IMG/VR virus record: IMGVR_UViG_3300015371_000018
DNA from: an uncultured virus (IMG/VR IMGVR_UViG_3300015371_000018)
Lineage: Duplodnaviria > Heunggongvirae > Uroviricota > Caudoviricetes
DNA length: 20,000 bases
Reading direction: 5' to 3' (one strand)
Made by a program: the position numbers and the translations under genes. Below, piece by piece: positions 8,340 to 16,476 of this stretch (positions are counted from its first letter, which is position 1; each line of letters begins with the position of its first letter). The notes beneath the pieces were generated by a model. That model worked only from the letters and a program-made list of their open reading frames with translations, searched no databases and was not told the DNA's origin.

Positions 8340-9274
8340 CTCTTCCTCTCCTTCTTTATGTCGCGTATCAGGCGTGCCATTGCATCCAGCGTTTGCGTGT
8401 TGGCAGCCTTCATTCTACCGCGCATCAGATCCTTCGTGGAGAGGCCGAATTCTTCCCTGGTTTGGTCGAGCTTGATTAATTCTTCATCCTCTTGCTTCTT
8501 AACCTCTTCCCAAGCCTCATAATCAAAGAATTCGTCCAGCGCTTCCTTGTAAAGACCGCGCATAGTTTCAGGTGGAAGTGCATCTAATTCAACCTGCATT
8601 AGCTCGCCATATTGAGCCATGAAGCTTTCTGCTCGTGAATCCCACTCTTTACCAGGCAACGGAGGTAAATTATATTTCTCAAGCTGGTCTTCTCTTAACG
8701 CGACTCGCCTAACATCAGTGAAAATACCCGTGCGATCCAAAAAATCACGGTCGATATCCACTCCGCTTGGATCAAAGTCGCCAGCGTAGAGCAGAACACT
8801 GTTGCGGCCTTGATTAATTACGTCATCCGCGACAACATCAACAAAAGTTTGCGACGAATAACCTCCGAGCGCCAGGATAGGTAAACCATAATCACCAAAC
8901 CAATCTTGTAGCTGGACAACCATACCGTGCTTTTCAACGCCGAGATAAACAGACCATTCTTGATTTTCTGTTCGATCACGACGATAGATTTTCCAAAGCC
9001 AGTACAGCGCATCGTTAGGGTCATCAAATGATTGATTAACTTCAATGGCGCGTGTTCTATCGATGAGCGATGGAAACCATCCCTCTCGGCGAGCCTCTGC
9101 GGTTTTGCGAGACAAAACCTTGTACGCGCTCACGGAGTTAGGAATCATCTGCTCCGAAACAAGCCTGTAGAAAAGCTGGCGCAGCGTCACGCCAGTATCG
9201 TAGGACTTGACAATCGCGCTGGCCGACAGCAGCACGTTCTGCCAATTAATTTGCGTATTCGCCTTGGTCGGCAT
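8336..9274 (-). CDS. Topo VI-A/Spo11-like WHD+TOPRIM protein (Mini-A-like)
   Basis: TLRQLFYRLV (catalytic Tyr region), GVEK (TOPRIM Glu), GDFDPSG (DxD) and VELDAL. Start uncertain (ATG 9274 or TTG 9307). Confidence 0.8.
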   Translation of the reverse strand: MPTKANTQINWQNVLLSASAIVKSYDTGVTLRQLFYRLVSEQMIPNSVSAYKVLSRKTAEARREGWFPSLIDRTRAIEVNQSFDDPNDALYWLWKIYRRDRTENQEWSVYLGVEKHGMVVQLQDWFGDYGLPILALGGYSSQTFVDVVADDVINQGRNSVLLYAGDFDPSGVDIDRDFLDRTGIFTDVRRVALREDQLEKYNLPPLPGKEWDSRAESFMAQYGELMQVELDALPPETMRGLYKEALDEFFDYEAWEEVKKQEDEELIKLDQTREEFGLSTKDLMRGRMKAANTQTLDAMARLIRDIKKERKR

Positions 9275-9653
9275 AGTGCTCGCCAACTGCTTTCGTAAGA
9301 GCGCCAATCACGACTTCACGATTAGACATTTGACTAATTTGGCTATAAGATTCCCGTGTAATGTCAGTAGGTTTATGCCGAATGATGACTCCACGTGGTT
9401 CTTCTTTAATAGTTTGTCCCGGCGCTCTGTAAAAAGTAATTTCTAAATCGTCTTCGTGAAGCTCCCCATTCCAGGGTGAACGCCGGGGAGCTATCTTAAT
9501 TAACTCACGAAGCTGCTCAACTTCTGCCAGCAAACCATCCTTCCAGACCGGATTTTCTACTTTGTCTGAAAAGACCACGGCCGTAGCACACAGTTTCTCC
9601 GCTTGCTCCGCGAGCGCAGCATAGTTTCTCTGCATCTGTTCTGCACTAGGCAT
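9246..9653 (-). CDS. Protein with class I release factor (RF-1) domain-like region, GGQ degenerate
   Basis: DDLEITFYRAPGQ...GVIIRHKPTDITRESYSQISQMSNREVVIGAL aligns by eye with the RF pattern DLRIDTYRASGAGGQ..SAVRITHLPTGIVV.CQ.ERSQ..NK..AM..L. Confidence 0.68.
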   Translation of the reverse strand: MPSAEQMQRNYAALAEQAEKLCATAVVFSDKVENPVWKDGLLAEVEQLRELIKIAPRRSPWNGELHEDDLEITFYRAPGQTIKEEPRGVIIRHKPTDITRESYSQISQMSNREVVIGALTKAVGEHYADQGEYAN

Positions 9654-10497
9654 CTCTATCGCCCTTCAATATATTCATCGCATCAACAGCGAGAGTATTG
9701 ACTTTATCCCAATCATCATTGATATCGGCAGTGTTATCAGCAGATATATTACGAATTCGCTTAATATAACTAAAAGCATTGCCGCGATCAATAGCGTCTG
9801 CCGCTGCATCTATAACAGGAGCGGTTACATCGCCCTCATCAGATACATCGATATCAATTACGTTCTCGCGCTCATCAGGAAGATCAAGCCAAAGTTTGCC
9901 GTCTGCATCATGCCTGTATGTCCAACCGTCTGGAACGCCTTTGAAATCAGGATAATCGTCCCGTTTAATTGTTCTGCCATCGGCAGGAAGCGTAAATGCA
10001 GCAGCTTGAGGCGGAAAAATATCCACAGTCCCGACAGGAACAAGCTGATCTGAAGCGTTACCAGCTTTTTTGACTTTCACACTCGGCATGCTAGGCCACG
10101 TGAGCCTAGTAGTACCAGGCGTCCAATGCCGTCCTTCAGTGTGATCATGAACAAAATCATCGATCTTCTCGCCCTTGAGCAGAGAAGAAACTTGCTGAAG
10201 ACAATCACGCAAAGTAACGAGCCGTCGCATCTGACTCGAATCATCATCAGCGATAACGTGCTCGAACTTTAATGCTTCGTTTGCGAGCTTAGAAGCATTT
10301 TCAATAATACTAGGCAAGCGACCATCTAGCATCGCCTGACGTACAAGGTATTCGGTTTCTACATCTTCAGGAGCCGGGTAAGGCTTCGTGGTTCTATCTA
10401 ATTTATCGTAGGCACCCCGAACGAGTGGGGACCGCAGAAGATCTTCCACGGCCCCCAGCACATTCGATGCCACCTTATCGAATGGCGGCAGTTCCAT
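9646..10497 (-). CDS. Hypothetical protein with internal tail-collar-like segment
   Basis: 283 aa; residues ~153-209 read VPVGTV...ADGRTIKRDDYPDF...LDLPD. Confidence 0.6.
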   Translation of the reverse strand: MELPPFDKVASNVLGAVEDLLRSPLVRGAYDKLDRTTKPYPAPEDVETEYLVRQAMLDGRLPSIIENASKLANEALKFEHVIADDDSSQMRRLVTLRDCLQQVSSLLKGEKIDDFVHDHTEGRHWTPGTTRLTWPSMPSVKVKKAGNASDQLVPVGTVDIFPPQAAAFTLPADGRTIKRDDYPDFKGVPDGWTYRHDADGKLWLDLPDERENVIDIDVSDEGDVTAPVIDAAADAIDRGNAFSYIKRIRNISADNTADINDDWDKVNTLAVDAMNILKGDRDA

Positions 10498-10502
10498 TTT
10501 GT

Positions 10503-10733
10503 TTACTCTTCTTCGGCCTGATCGGTGCGAAGCGTAGAGTGAATCGCAATGACCTTATCGGGGTTAATCGAGATACGACCACCCTGCTCATCGTGAAACT
10601 GGAAATGAGTAAAAGGATCGTCTTCGTGCTCACCAGCCGCCAGATCGTTCAGACGCTTACGAACCTTATTGAACTTCTCATCGTCGCTAAGCTCAAACTC
10701 GCCGCCGCCCATCGTATAAATCGTAGTGCTCAT
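10503..10733 (-). CDS. Hypothetical protein
   Basis: AAGGAG SD, tight packing, ISINPDKVIAI beta motif. Confidence 0.7.
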   Translation of the reverse strand: MSTTIYTMGGGEFELSDDEKFNKVRKRLNDLAAGEHEDDPFTHFQFHDEQGGRISINPDKVIAIHSTLRTDQAEEE

Positions 10734-10735
10734 AT

Positions 10736-10966
10736 TTACTCCTTTACCTTGATATCTACATCTTGGTCAGCGCTGCAAATATCTTCAAACTGACCAATGC
10801 TGTTGGATGCCTGCCATTTAACTGTGTCTTCCCGATTCGGATCATCTGTCTGATCGGGAATTACTTCAACGCGATCTACTTCGAAATAATCATCCCCTCC
10901 TGCAAATCGCAGGTGGAGTTCATCCCCCACCTTAATGTCCCTGGCCTTGATCGTTTTATCGGCCAT
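10736..10966 (-). CDS. Small SH3/KOW-like beta protein
   Basis: IKARDIKVGDEL motif; TAATG overlap with the upstream gene. Confidence 0.6.
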   Translation of the reverse strand: MADKTIKARDIKVGDELHLRFAGGDDYFEVDRVEVIPDQTDDPNREDTVKWQASNSIGQFEDICSADQDVDIKVKE

Positions 10967-11214
10967 TAAATTAGCTCCAATTCCTTCGCTTTATCTGTGC
11001 TTTCGTATGCAATTTCTGTCTTGCCTACCCTCCTGACTAGACCCATATCGATAAGACTCCTAACAATAAATAACGCCGCAATGGTTGTCTTTGGCAATAC
11101 AGACCGAGATTCCTCTTGAGGAAACACAAACCGATCCAGCTTCACCGGCTCGCCCTTGGTCACAAGGAACCTCAAACATGCCTGCTGCCGCTCATTCAGA
11201 TCTGTTTTTAGCAT
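10966..11214 (-). CDS. Winged-helix domain protein
   Basis: LNERQQACLRFL...IVRSLIDMGLVRRV...YESTDKA. Confidence 0.65.
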   Translation of the reverse strand: MLKTDLNERQQACLRFLVTKGEPVKLDRFVFPQEESRSVLPKTTIAALFIVRSLIDMGLVRRVGKTEIAYESTDKAKELELI

Positions 11215-11392
11215 TTAGCTCTAAGTAATAACCTAAATCGCGCATTCGAGCTTGAAGCTCATGCCAACGATCAATCTCAAGAAATTTTTGAGCAGGATTT
11301 TCTACGGCTACTCGTCTTGCAGCTATATATTCATCAAAAGCGATATGTGCTCGCTCCGCTGAATTAACTAAGAGTTCCTGATTCTCACTCAT
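11192..11392 (-). CDS. Hypothetical protein
   Basis: ATGA overlap with the upstream gene. Confidence 0.6.
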   Translation of the reverse strand: MSENQELLVNSAERAHIAFDEYIAARRVAVENPAQKFLEIDRWHELQARMRDLGYYLELNAKNRSE

Positions 11393-11652
11393 GGCTGCGT
11401 CAGTGCTGGCCGTGCGCTAAGACGTAGATCCTCATCAAGTCCGCCGCCTGGGATAACGTCACCGCGCTCCATCGGCATTATATAACCAAATTCTAAGTGC
11501 ATGCCTAACTTCTCAGCCGTTTCAATCATACGTTCATAGACTTCAGTGAATTCAGCAAGATCTTCATCATCGACACTGACAGCCGCACTGAAGTTTAATT
11601 GCACTCGGAACGGTACACGAGTTTCTATTTGGTTATTAAGATCAGGTTCCAT
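11389..11652 (-). CDS. Hypothetical protein
   Basis: 87 aa, co-directional tight packing. Confidence 0.6.
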   Translation of the reverse strand: MEPDLNNQIETRVPFRVQLNFSAAVSVDDEDLAEFTEVYERMIETAEKLGMHLEFGYIMPMERGDVIPGGGLDEDLRLSARPALTQP

Positions 11653-11676
11653 CAGACACCAGGCATTTTCTTTTCT

Positions 11677-12162
11677 TTAGCCGTCTTCTCCCCCGGAATC
11701 GTCTTTTGCTTCGCCGCTATTTTCTCGGCTCGATCCGTTCTTTGGTTGTGCTTCTTCTTCGCTTGCCGTTCGTGGAAGGATAATTTGCGGAGCTTCCTCC
11801 CCTTGCGCCTCTTGCTCAATTGGCACCTCAAATTCCTGCTCGCGGGCTAAGATCGCTTGAATTGAATAAATCTTGGTGAGAATGGTGCCGTCACCGTTCG
11901 GCTTCTCGACGCGGCGGATGGTTTGATCATTAGTTCCACCCTGACACCAGACAACGTGCTCGCCCGGAACAGTCTCAAGCGTCATCTCACCGCCGAATAA
12001 AGGAAACTGGATCTGTGGCTGAGCATCAACCGGGCTGCTGGCGGGATCAACAAATTCGCGGGTCTGAAGGAAACGCTCTGCCATCTCGACCATGCGAAAG
12101 GTAATGGCAGTGACTCTGCGAGTCTTGATTTCCTTTTGTGGCATTCCTGCTTCGTCTGACAT
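11677..12162 (-). CDS. Hypothetical protein with acidic disordered C-terminus
   Basis: 161 aa ORF, AGGT upstream. Confidence 0.65.
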   Translation of the reverse strand: MSDEAGMPQKEIKTRRVTAITFRMVEMAERFLQTREFVDPASSPVDAQPQIQFPLFGGEMTLETVPGEHVVWCQGGTNDQTIRRVEKPNGDGTILTKIYSIQAILAREQEFEVPIEQEAQGEEAPQIILPRTASEEEAQPKNGSSRENSGEAKDDSGGEDG

Positions 12163-12168
12163 ATCTAC

Positions 12169-12360
12169 CTAACCTATTAGCTTTTTATTCTGAACGATGG
12201 TGATGTTCTCCCTCTTGATGGCTTGTTCGATCCAATCTTTCGTATTCCTCCTAAGCTCGCCCTCAAAGACTAGAACTAATTCGTGCCCATTGCCTTGAGT
12301 GATACGCGGGATACGTTCTATCTCGGTTATTTTACAAATAATCTTGTGTTCTAGAGGCAT
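12169..12360 (-). CDS. Hypothetical protein
   Basis: First gene of the leftward run; G-rich SD; start ATG 12360 or GTG 12366. Confidence 0.55.
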   Translation of the reverse strand: MPLEHKIICKITEIERIPRITQGNGHELVLVFEGELRRNTKDWIEQAIKRENITIVQNKKLIG

Positions 12361-12371
12361 GTCCACCCCCC

Positions 12372-12400
12372 TTGACAGCTTGCCGCTATCACAGTAGCAT
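12372..12400 (+). promoter_or_regulatory. Sigma70-type promoter for the rightward gene run
   Basis: TTGACA(12372)-N17-TAGCAT(12395) at the divergence point. Confidence 0.7.
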
Positions 12401-12429
12401 ACGGGGACTAGTCCATCAAGGGAGGTTCG

Positions 12430-12591
12430 ATGAAGAGGATTCTGCTGGTAGTGGCCTGTTTCTACATGGGGAGGCTATGGGAACGGGCGATTTGGAACGT
12501 GCAAATGGACAAGCTCAAGGCCGATCTGGCGGCTGACGCTGAGCAGGACGAAAACGAAGCTGTCATCACGCAGCCGATCAGCTTGAATTAA
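12430..12591 (+). CDS. Small protein with hydrophobic N-terminus (53 aa)
   Basis: Not in track. GGGAGG SD; MKRILLVVACFYMGRLWERAIWNVQMDKLK... Confidence 0.65.
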   Translation: MKRILLVVACFYMGRLWERAIWNVQMDKLKADLAADAEQDENEAVITQPISLN

Positions 12592-12674
12592 TGGAAGGGT
12601 GGATAGTTCTAGGGATATGCCTATGGATATCAAACAAAATGGTGCGATGGATTGGGCTACGGCTGAAGGAATAG
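12591..12674 (+). CDS. Putative 27-aa membrane peptide
   Basis: TAATG coupling to the upstream gene; MEGWIVLGICLWISNKMVRWIGLRLKE. Confidence 0.4.
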   Translation: MEGWIVLGICLWISNKMVRWIGLRLKE

Positions 12675-13393
12675 CCAAATATGCCGTCCGTGAACTTCAA
12701 GCGCTTCAGAAAGAGAAGGAGCTAGCCACGCTCCTACAGATTTTATCTATTCTGAAGCCGAAGATAGTTGTAGAAATCGGCCTGCATCGGGGCGGAACGA
12801 TGTGGGCTTGGATGCAAGCTTGCCCACAAGGGTCTTTATTTATTGGTATAGATGATCCCGGTGCTCCCGGTGGCGCATTTGATGTTCATGTTGCTACACA
12901 GCTAGAGATTTTTGCAGTTAATCGTAGCCAAGAATTTAGGATGCTGGTTGGTGATTCTCATTCAGCGGCTATGCTGGTTGCTTTGACAAATCAATTACAG
13001 GGGCACCAGATCGACTTTCTTTTTATCGACGGCGATCACAGCTATCCCGGTGTCACCCGAGACTGGATGATGTACGGTCCACTGTCTCGGTTTGTTGCAT
13101 TTCATGACATTCTTGATGTGCAATCTCAGGCAATGGGCGATATGGGCGTACATAAATTGTGGCGACAGCTTCGTACAACCAAACAAGCCTTTGAAATTTG
13201 TGAAGACTTGCACCTGCCAGAGCCATTAACTGAAACTGTTCCTTATGCGGGTATAGGATGCGTTGTCCCTGAAGGTAAATTTGTACCTGAATTTACTATC
13301 AAGGACAGTTGCATGGAGTGTTTCACGCTAGCTAGTTGCATAATCAAAGGTAGCTGTCGGCAGTATCACAGGCCAGATCACGAACCGGTATAG
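12647..13393 (+). CDS. Class I SAM-dependent methyltransferase (Methyltransf_24-like)
   Basis: VVEIGLHRGGT (motif I), GDS, IDFLFIDGDHSY and AFHD. Start uncertain (12599-12647). Confidence 0.85.
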   Translation: MDWATAEGIAKYAVRELQALQKEKELATLLQILSILKPKIVVEIGLHRGGTMWAWMQACPQGSLFIGIDDPGAPGGAFDVHVATQLEIFAVNRSQEFRMLVGDSHSAAMLVALTNQLQGHQIDFLFIDGDHSYPGVTRDWMMYGPLSRFVAFHDILDVQSQAMGDMGVHKLWRQLRTTKQAFEICEDLHLPEPLTETVPYAGIGCVVPEGKFVPEFTIKDSCMECFTLASCIIKGSCRQYHRPDHEPV

Positions 13394-13400
13394 GAGGGAT

Positions 13401-13781
13401 ATGCAAGAGATAATTAAATGTAGGGCTGGAATCTCAGAAGATTGCCTTGACGGCCATCTATTTTATGAAGATGAAGAACTTCTGAGTGACGATGCCACCT
13501 GGGATGGCGATACGATCATCTGTGATGCCTGCCATCTGGCGGCAATGCCATTTAGTAGCTCAGGAGCGATGCTCAATCATGAATTTAATGACGCAATCAG
13601 GATTTACAGGGAGAACCTTGAATTCGCTATGAACCATCCTCACCCGGCAGAGCTAGTCAAGCTTTCTCAAGAAACAGCAGACTTGGCTCTTGAAGGTACT
13701 CCGCGCCATCGCTCTGCGCTCGCCTGTAAGGAAATAGCTCTGCGCGAGATTGAAAGGAGAAAGATCAGTGGAAGAAAATAA
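13401..13781 (+). CDS. Hypothetical Cys-containing protein
   Basis: AGGAGG SD; CRAGISEDC...CDAC. Confidence 0.7.
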   Translation: MQEIIKCRAGISEDCLDGHLFYEDEELLSDDATWDGDTIICDACHLAAMPFSSSGAMLNHEFNDAIRIYRENLEFAMNHPHPAELVKLSQETADLALEGTPRHRSALACKEIALREIERRKISGRK

Positions 13782-13977
13782 TGAATCTCTGATTCGTGAG
13801 CTAGACGAATCGGTAAATACGGTCCAGAACTGTGAAAAGAAGCTGAAAAAGTCCCGCGATGACCGCGATGAAGTGATTAAAAGAATGGTCAATGCCGGAT
13901 TTACCTACAGAAAGATCGCTGTACGGGCCGGTGTCTCGCCCACGCACGTAGGAGATGTGGTGAATGGACAAAATTAG
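13768..13977 (+). CDS. HTH DNA-binding protein
   Basis: AAAGGAG SD before GTG 13768; coiled coil then GFTYRKIAVRAGVSPTHVGDVV. Confidence 0.75.
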   Translation: MEENNESLIRELDESVNTVQNCEKKLKKSRDDRDEVIKRMVNAGFTYRKIAVRAGVSPTHVGDVVNGQN

Positions 13978-14188
13978 GCCACTTACCAAGATCAAGCCGG
14001 GGCACTGGCAGACCAAAAACGGTGAATATGAATTCAAAGAGGGTCGTGGCAAGCGCTGGTTTGTCTATGGGCTTGGCGGGACGGTTGGCTTTCCTGAGAC
14101 AGCTATCACGCCTGTTGGTCATCGATCCTTAGAAACGGCCATCATTTTTATGGAAAAGTACGTACTGCCCTATGAGGATGAGAAATAA
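13964..14188 (+). CDS. Hypothetical protein
   Basis: GGAG SD; overlapping packing. Confidence 0.65.
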   Translation: MDKIRPLTKIKPGHWQTKNGEYEFKEGRGKRWFVYGLGGTVGFPETAITPVGHRSLETAIIFMEKYVLPYEDEK

Positions 14189-14385
14189 TGGGATATTCAG
14201 TTAAAGCTATTTACGATGAAGGCCAGAATCAAGCTATCGAGACTTTCCACTCTGGAATTTTCTCTGCGGTGGGCGATGTTCACGATAAGCTCGTGGGCTT
14301 ACCTGAGAAAATAGTGATCGAGCAGGTTGAATGGGAAACATGGTCTGCCATGAACCCAAGGGAGCGCACCAGTGACCGTACTTGA
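14188..14385 (+). CDS. Hypothetical protein
   Basis: TAATG coupling. Confidence 0.6.
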   Translation: MGYSVKAIYDEGQNQAIETFHSGIFSAVGDVHDKLVGLPEKIVIEQVEWETWSAMNPRERTSDRT

Positions 14386-14707
14386 GTATGTAAATAAGGA
14401 ACGCAGGGAGCGTAAGAAAAAGCCGCTCAAAAAGGGTCGGCTGCTCCGTTTATCGGCCCGGCGCATGGCCAAAAAGTTAAATAGGACGCATGTTCTGAAG
14501 CATGATGCTGTGATCCATGTCAATAAGAAATTCTGGTGGGCCGGTGAGGTACTTGGCGATGGCCAGAAAAGCTCTAAGCAAATCGTAGAAGAATGGATGG
14601 CAAGTCGCGCACACTACGACATAATCATGTCTGACAAAGCTAGGCGATTAGGCGCAGCGCACGTAGGCAAGTATTGGGTAGCTCACCTGGGCCGGATTGG
14701 GCCGTGA
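14372..14707 (+). CDS. CAP (SCP/PR-1, YkwD-like) domain protein
   Basis: VLEYVNKER..PL..L...AR, LKH, AGEVL, IVEEWMASRAHYDIIM and YWV match the CAP pattern. Confidence 0.85.
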   Translation: MTVLEYVNKERRERKKKPLKKGRLLRLSARRMAKKLNRTHVLKHDAVIHVNKKFWWAGEVLGDGQKSSKQIVEEWMASRAHYDIIMSDKARRLGAAHVGKYWVAHLGRIGP

Positions 14708-14781
14708 CTTACGCAATTACGGTAATAATAGCATTAATTTTACTAGCAATTATGTGTCGAATCTATTGGGGACGGTGGTAA
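14704..14781 (+). CDS. Putative 25-aa membrane peptide
   Basis: GTGA overlap upstream and TAATG overlap downstream; MTYAITVIIALILLAIMCRIYWGRW. Confidence 0.55.
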   Translation: MTYAITVIIALILLAIMCRIYWGRW

Positions 14782-14978
14782 TGACAAGCAAATGGAGAAT
14801 ATTAGCTAACGCACTAGCGTATGGAGCATTTCTAGTTGCTGTTTGGTATCTCGTCGGGGCAATTTTTGGAGATGTTCAAAGCGCAAAGACATATTTCTAC
14901 ACGGGCGCAGCCGCAGCAACAGGATTCTACGTAGGCGGATCTATTTGGGGGCCAATTTATGCCAGCAGAACCTATTGA
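14781..14978 (+). CDS. Small membrane protein
   Basis: ATG 14781; two hydrophobic segments. Confidence 0.6.
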   Translation: MTSKWRILANALAYGAFLVAVWYLVGAIFGDVQSAKTYFYTGAAAATGFYVGGSIWGPIYASRTY

Positions 14979-15240
14979 TCTAGCAAAGCAGAAGCAAATA
15001 GTTAAAAAAGAGATGATCGCGCTGGTAGAGCACTTCATGTATACCCGCGCGGGACTCCACCTACTTGCTGATGAAGCATTCGAAGACTGGCAAGATGAGC
15101 GCTACCAGGGAGCCGAGCAATGTCCGAATTGCCGCGACTGGTTCCAAAAAGGCGTTCGTAACAAAGGCAAGCGTTGTTTAGTTAATCATGCCGAAGGTGC
15201 CTGCTGCCATTATCACGATATTAGAGTGGAGGCAAACTGA
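14959..15240 (+). CDS. Cys/His-rich hypothetical protein
   Basis: CPNC...CLVNHAEGACCHYH. Confidence 0.65.
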   Translation: MPAEPIDLAKQKQIVKKEMIALVEHFMYTRAGLHLLADEAFEDWQDERYQGAEQCPNCRDWFQKGVRNKGKRCLVNHAEGACCHYHDIRVEAN

Positions 15241-15437
15241 TGGCCGACGTACAAATCTATGTCAACGCCGAATTTGATGAAGAAGGCGAAGAAAAGTATT
15301 GGGATCTACCATTCCGCGAGCAAAGCCGTCTAGACGACGCAATCAAAGCTCACGTTAAAGGGTTTGTTGCTGATCTGGATATGTCAACTGAAGAAATAGA
15401 AGGATTTAACGTCGATTTTAACGTGGAGGTGAGTTAA
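15240..15437 (+). CDS. Hypothetical acidic protein
   Basis: GGAGG SD; TGATG coupling. Confidence 0.7.
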   Translation: MADVQIYVNAEFDEEGEEKYWDLPFREQSRLDDAIKAHVKGFVADLDMSTEEIEGFNVDFNVEVS

Positions 15438-15637
15438 TGCCAGCATTCGAGGTGCATTTTGCGGATAGTTCTACGCTGAAATCACAATATATTGAAATAC
15501 AGAAATCTATCCTCATTATGGCCGAGAACTCAATCGAAGCGATCACCTTGGCCAGCGGCAAAGAAGAGATACGCAAATTCTACCGGCGCTATGACGGTGA
15601 GCTAGTTGCTAGCGCTCACCCCTATATACCAGACTGA
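15437..15637 (+). CDS. Hypothetical protein
   Basis: GGAGGTGA SD; TAATG coupling. Confidence 0.7.
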   Translation: MPAFEVHFADSSTLKSQYIEIQKSILIMAENSIEAITLASGKEEIRKFYRRYDGELVASAHPYIPD

Positions 15638-15649
15638 TTAGGATAATAA

Positions 15650-15832
15650 ATGAAGCTAGAAGCATTAATTTGTGTCGAGGTACCTGATCAGGTCGCCGAT
15701 GCGATGCTGGCCGAACGCAAAAGCATCCGATCCTCCTATCAGGTCGTATTTAAAGACGAAAACGACGATCAATACTCATATCGGGTCGAATTCAGGATGC
15801 CCTGGAAGAAAATCGATGCGGTGGAACAATAA
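15650..15832 (+). CDS. Hypothetical protein
   Basis: AGGA SD; 60 aa. Confidence 0.6.
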   Translation: MKLEALICVEVPDQVADAMLAERKSIRSSYQVVFKDENDDQYSYRVEFRMPWKKIDAVEQ

Positions 15833-16268
15833 CAATAAAATATTCGTAGACCCTGAGACATACGATGTAGATCAGATCATTACTTATCATTCGCCTTATC
15901 GTTCACCAGAAGAGCCAATTTACGACGATAGTAAACAGCCTGAAATCGTAAACTCCCTGCATCTGCCCGACCTGCGGCAGGAGTATTGGGTAGATGACTT
16001 TGCCGCTCGCGCGACTCTGATCGAGGCTCTGCCCAAACCTCCTAAGGTGCGCAAGTACCCATGGTATTTATCTCAGCACACCCGTTTTGTGCTGATCCTT
16101 TGTAGTATTTATATATTAGCCGTGATAGCGGTTCTATATATGGCCAACGAAAACTTCCACGAGCAGCAGGCACACAAAGACAAGATGGAACACAGAATCA
16201 AACAAGAACAACAGCACAGCAAAGAGATAGGAAGAATGCTAGATGGAATTAACCAAACAACAAGATAG
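15816..16268 (+). CDS. Single-pass membrane protein
   Basis: Probable start ATG 15816; TM segment FVLILCSIYILAVIAVLYMA followed by coiled coil. Confidence 0.6.
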   Translation: MRWNNNNKIFVDPETYDVDQIITYHSPYRSPEEPIYDDSKQPEIVNSLHLPDLRQEYWVDDFAARATLIEALPKPPKVRKYPWYLSQHTRFVLILCSIYILAVIAVLYMANENFHEQQAHKDKMEHRIKQEQQHSKEIGRMLDGINQTTR

Positions 16269-16476
16269 GGCTTTCTTTGAAGCGCTTCTAGCTGAGGGGT
16301 ATCAAGAAGAGGGCTTGATAGTTAAATTCCCACCGGGCGGCTGGCTGCGCGCGGGAACATACAAGCTGACCAAGGAAGATCCAGTAGAAGTAACCAAATT
16401 CGAGACAGATCCAACTACTCGCTGCTATTTATTTATTATGGACCACGTATTCAGGATGGAGCGCATAGATGATTGA
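16243..16476 (+). CDS. Hypothetical protein
   Basis: Overlapping packing. Confidence 0.6.
   Translation: MELTKQQDRAFFEALLAEGYQEEGLIVKFPPGGWLRAGTYKLTKEDPVEVTKFETDPTTRCYLFIMDHVFRMERIDD

Noticed and set aside
10736..10966. EF-P/eIF5A homolog suggested by IKARDIKVGD
   Set aside because: Only a generic KOW/SH3-like start; the PGKG/GKHG loop and other domains are missing.
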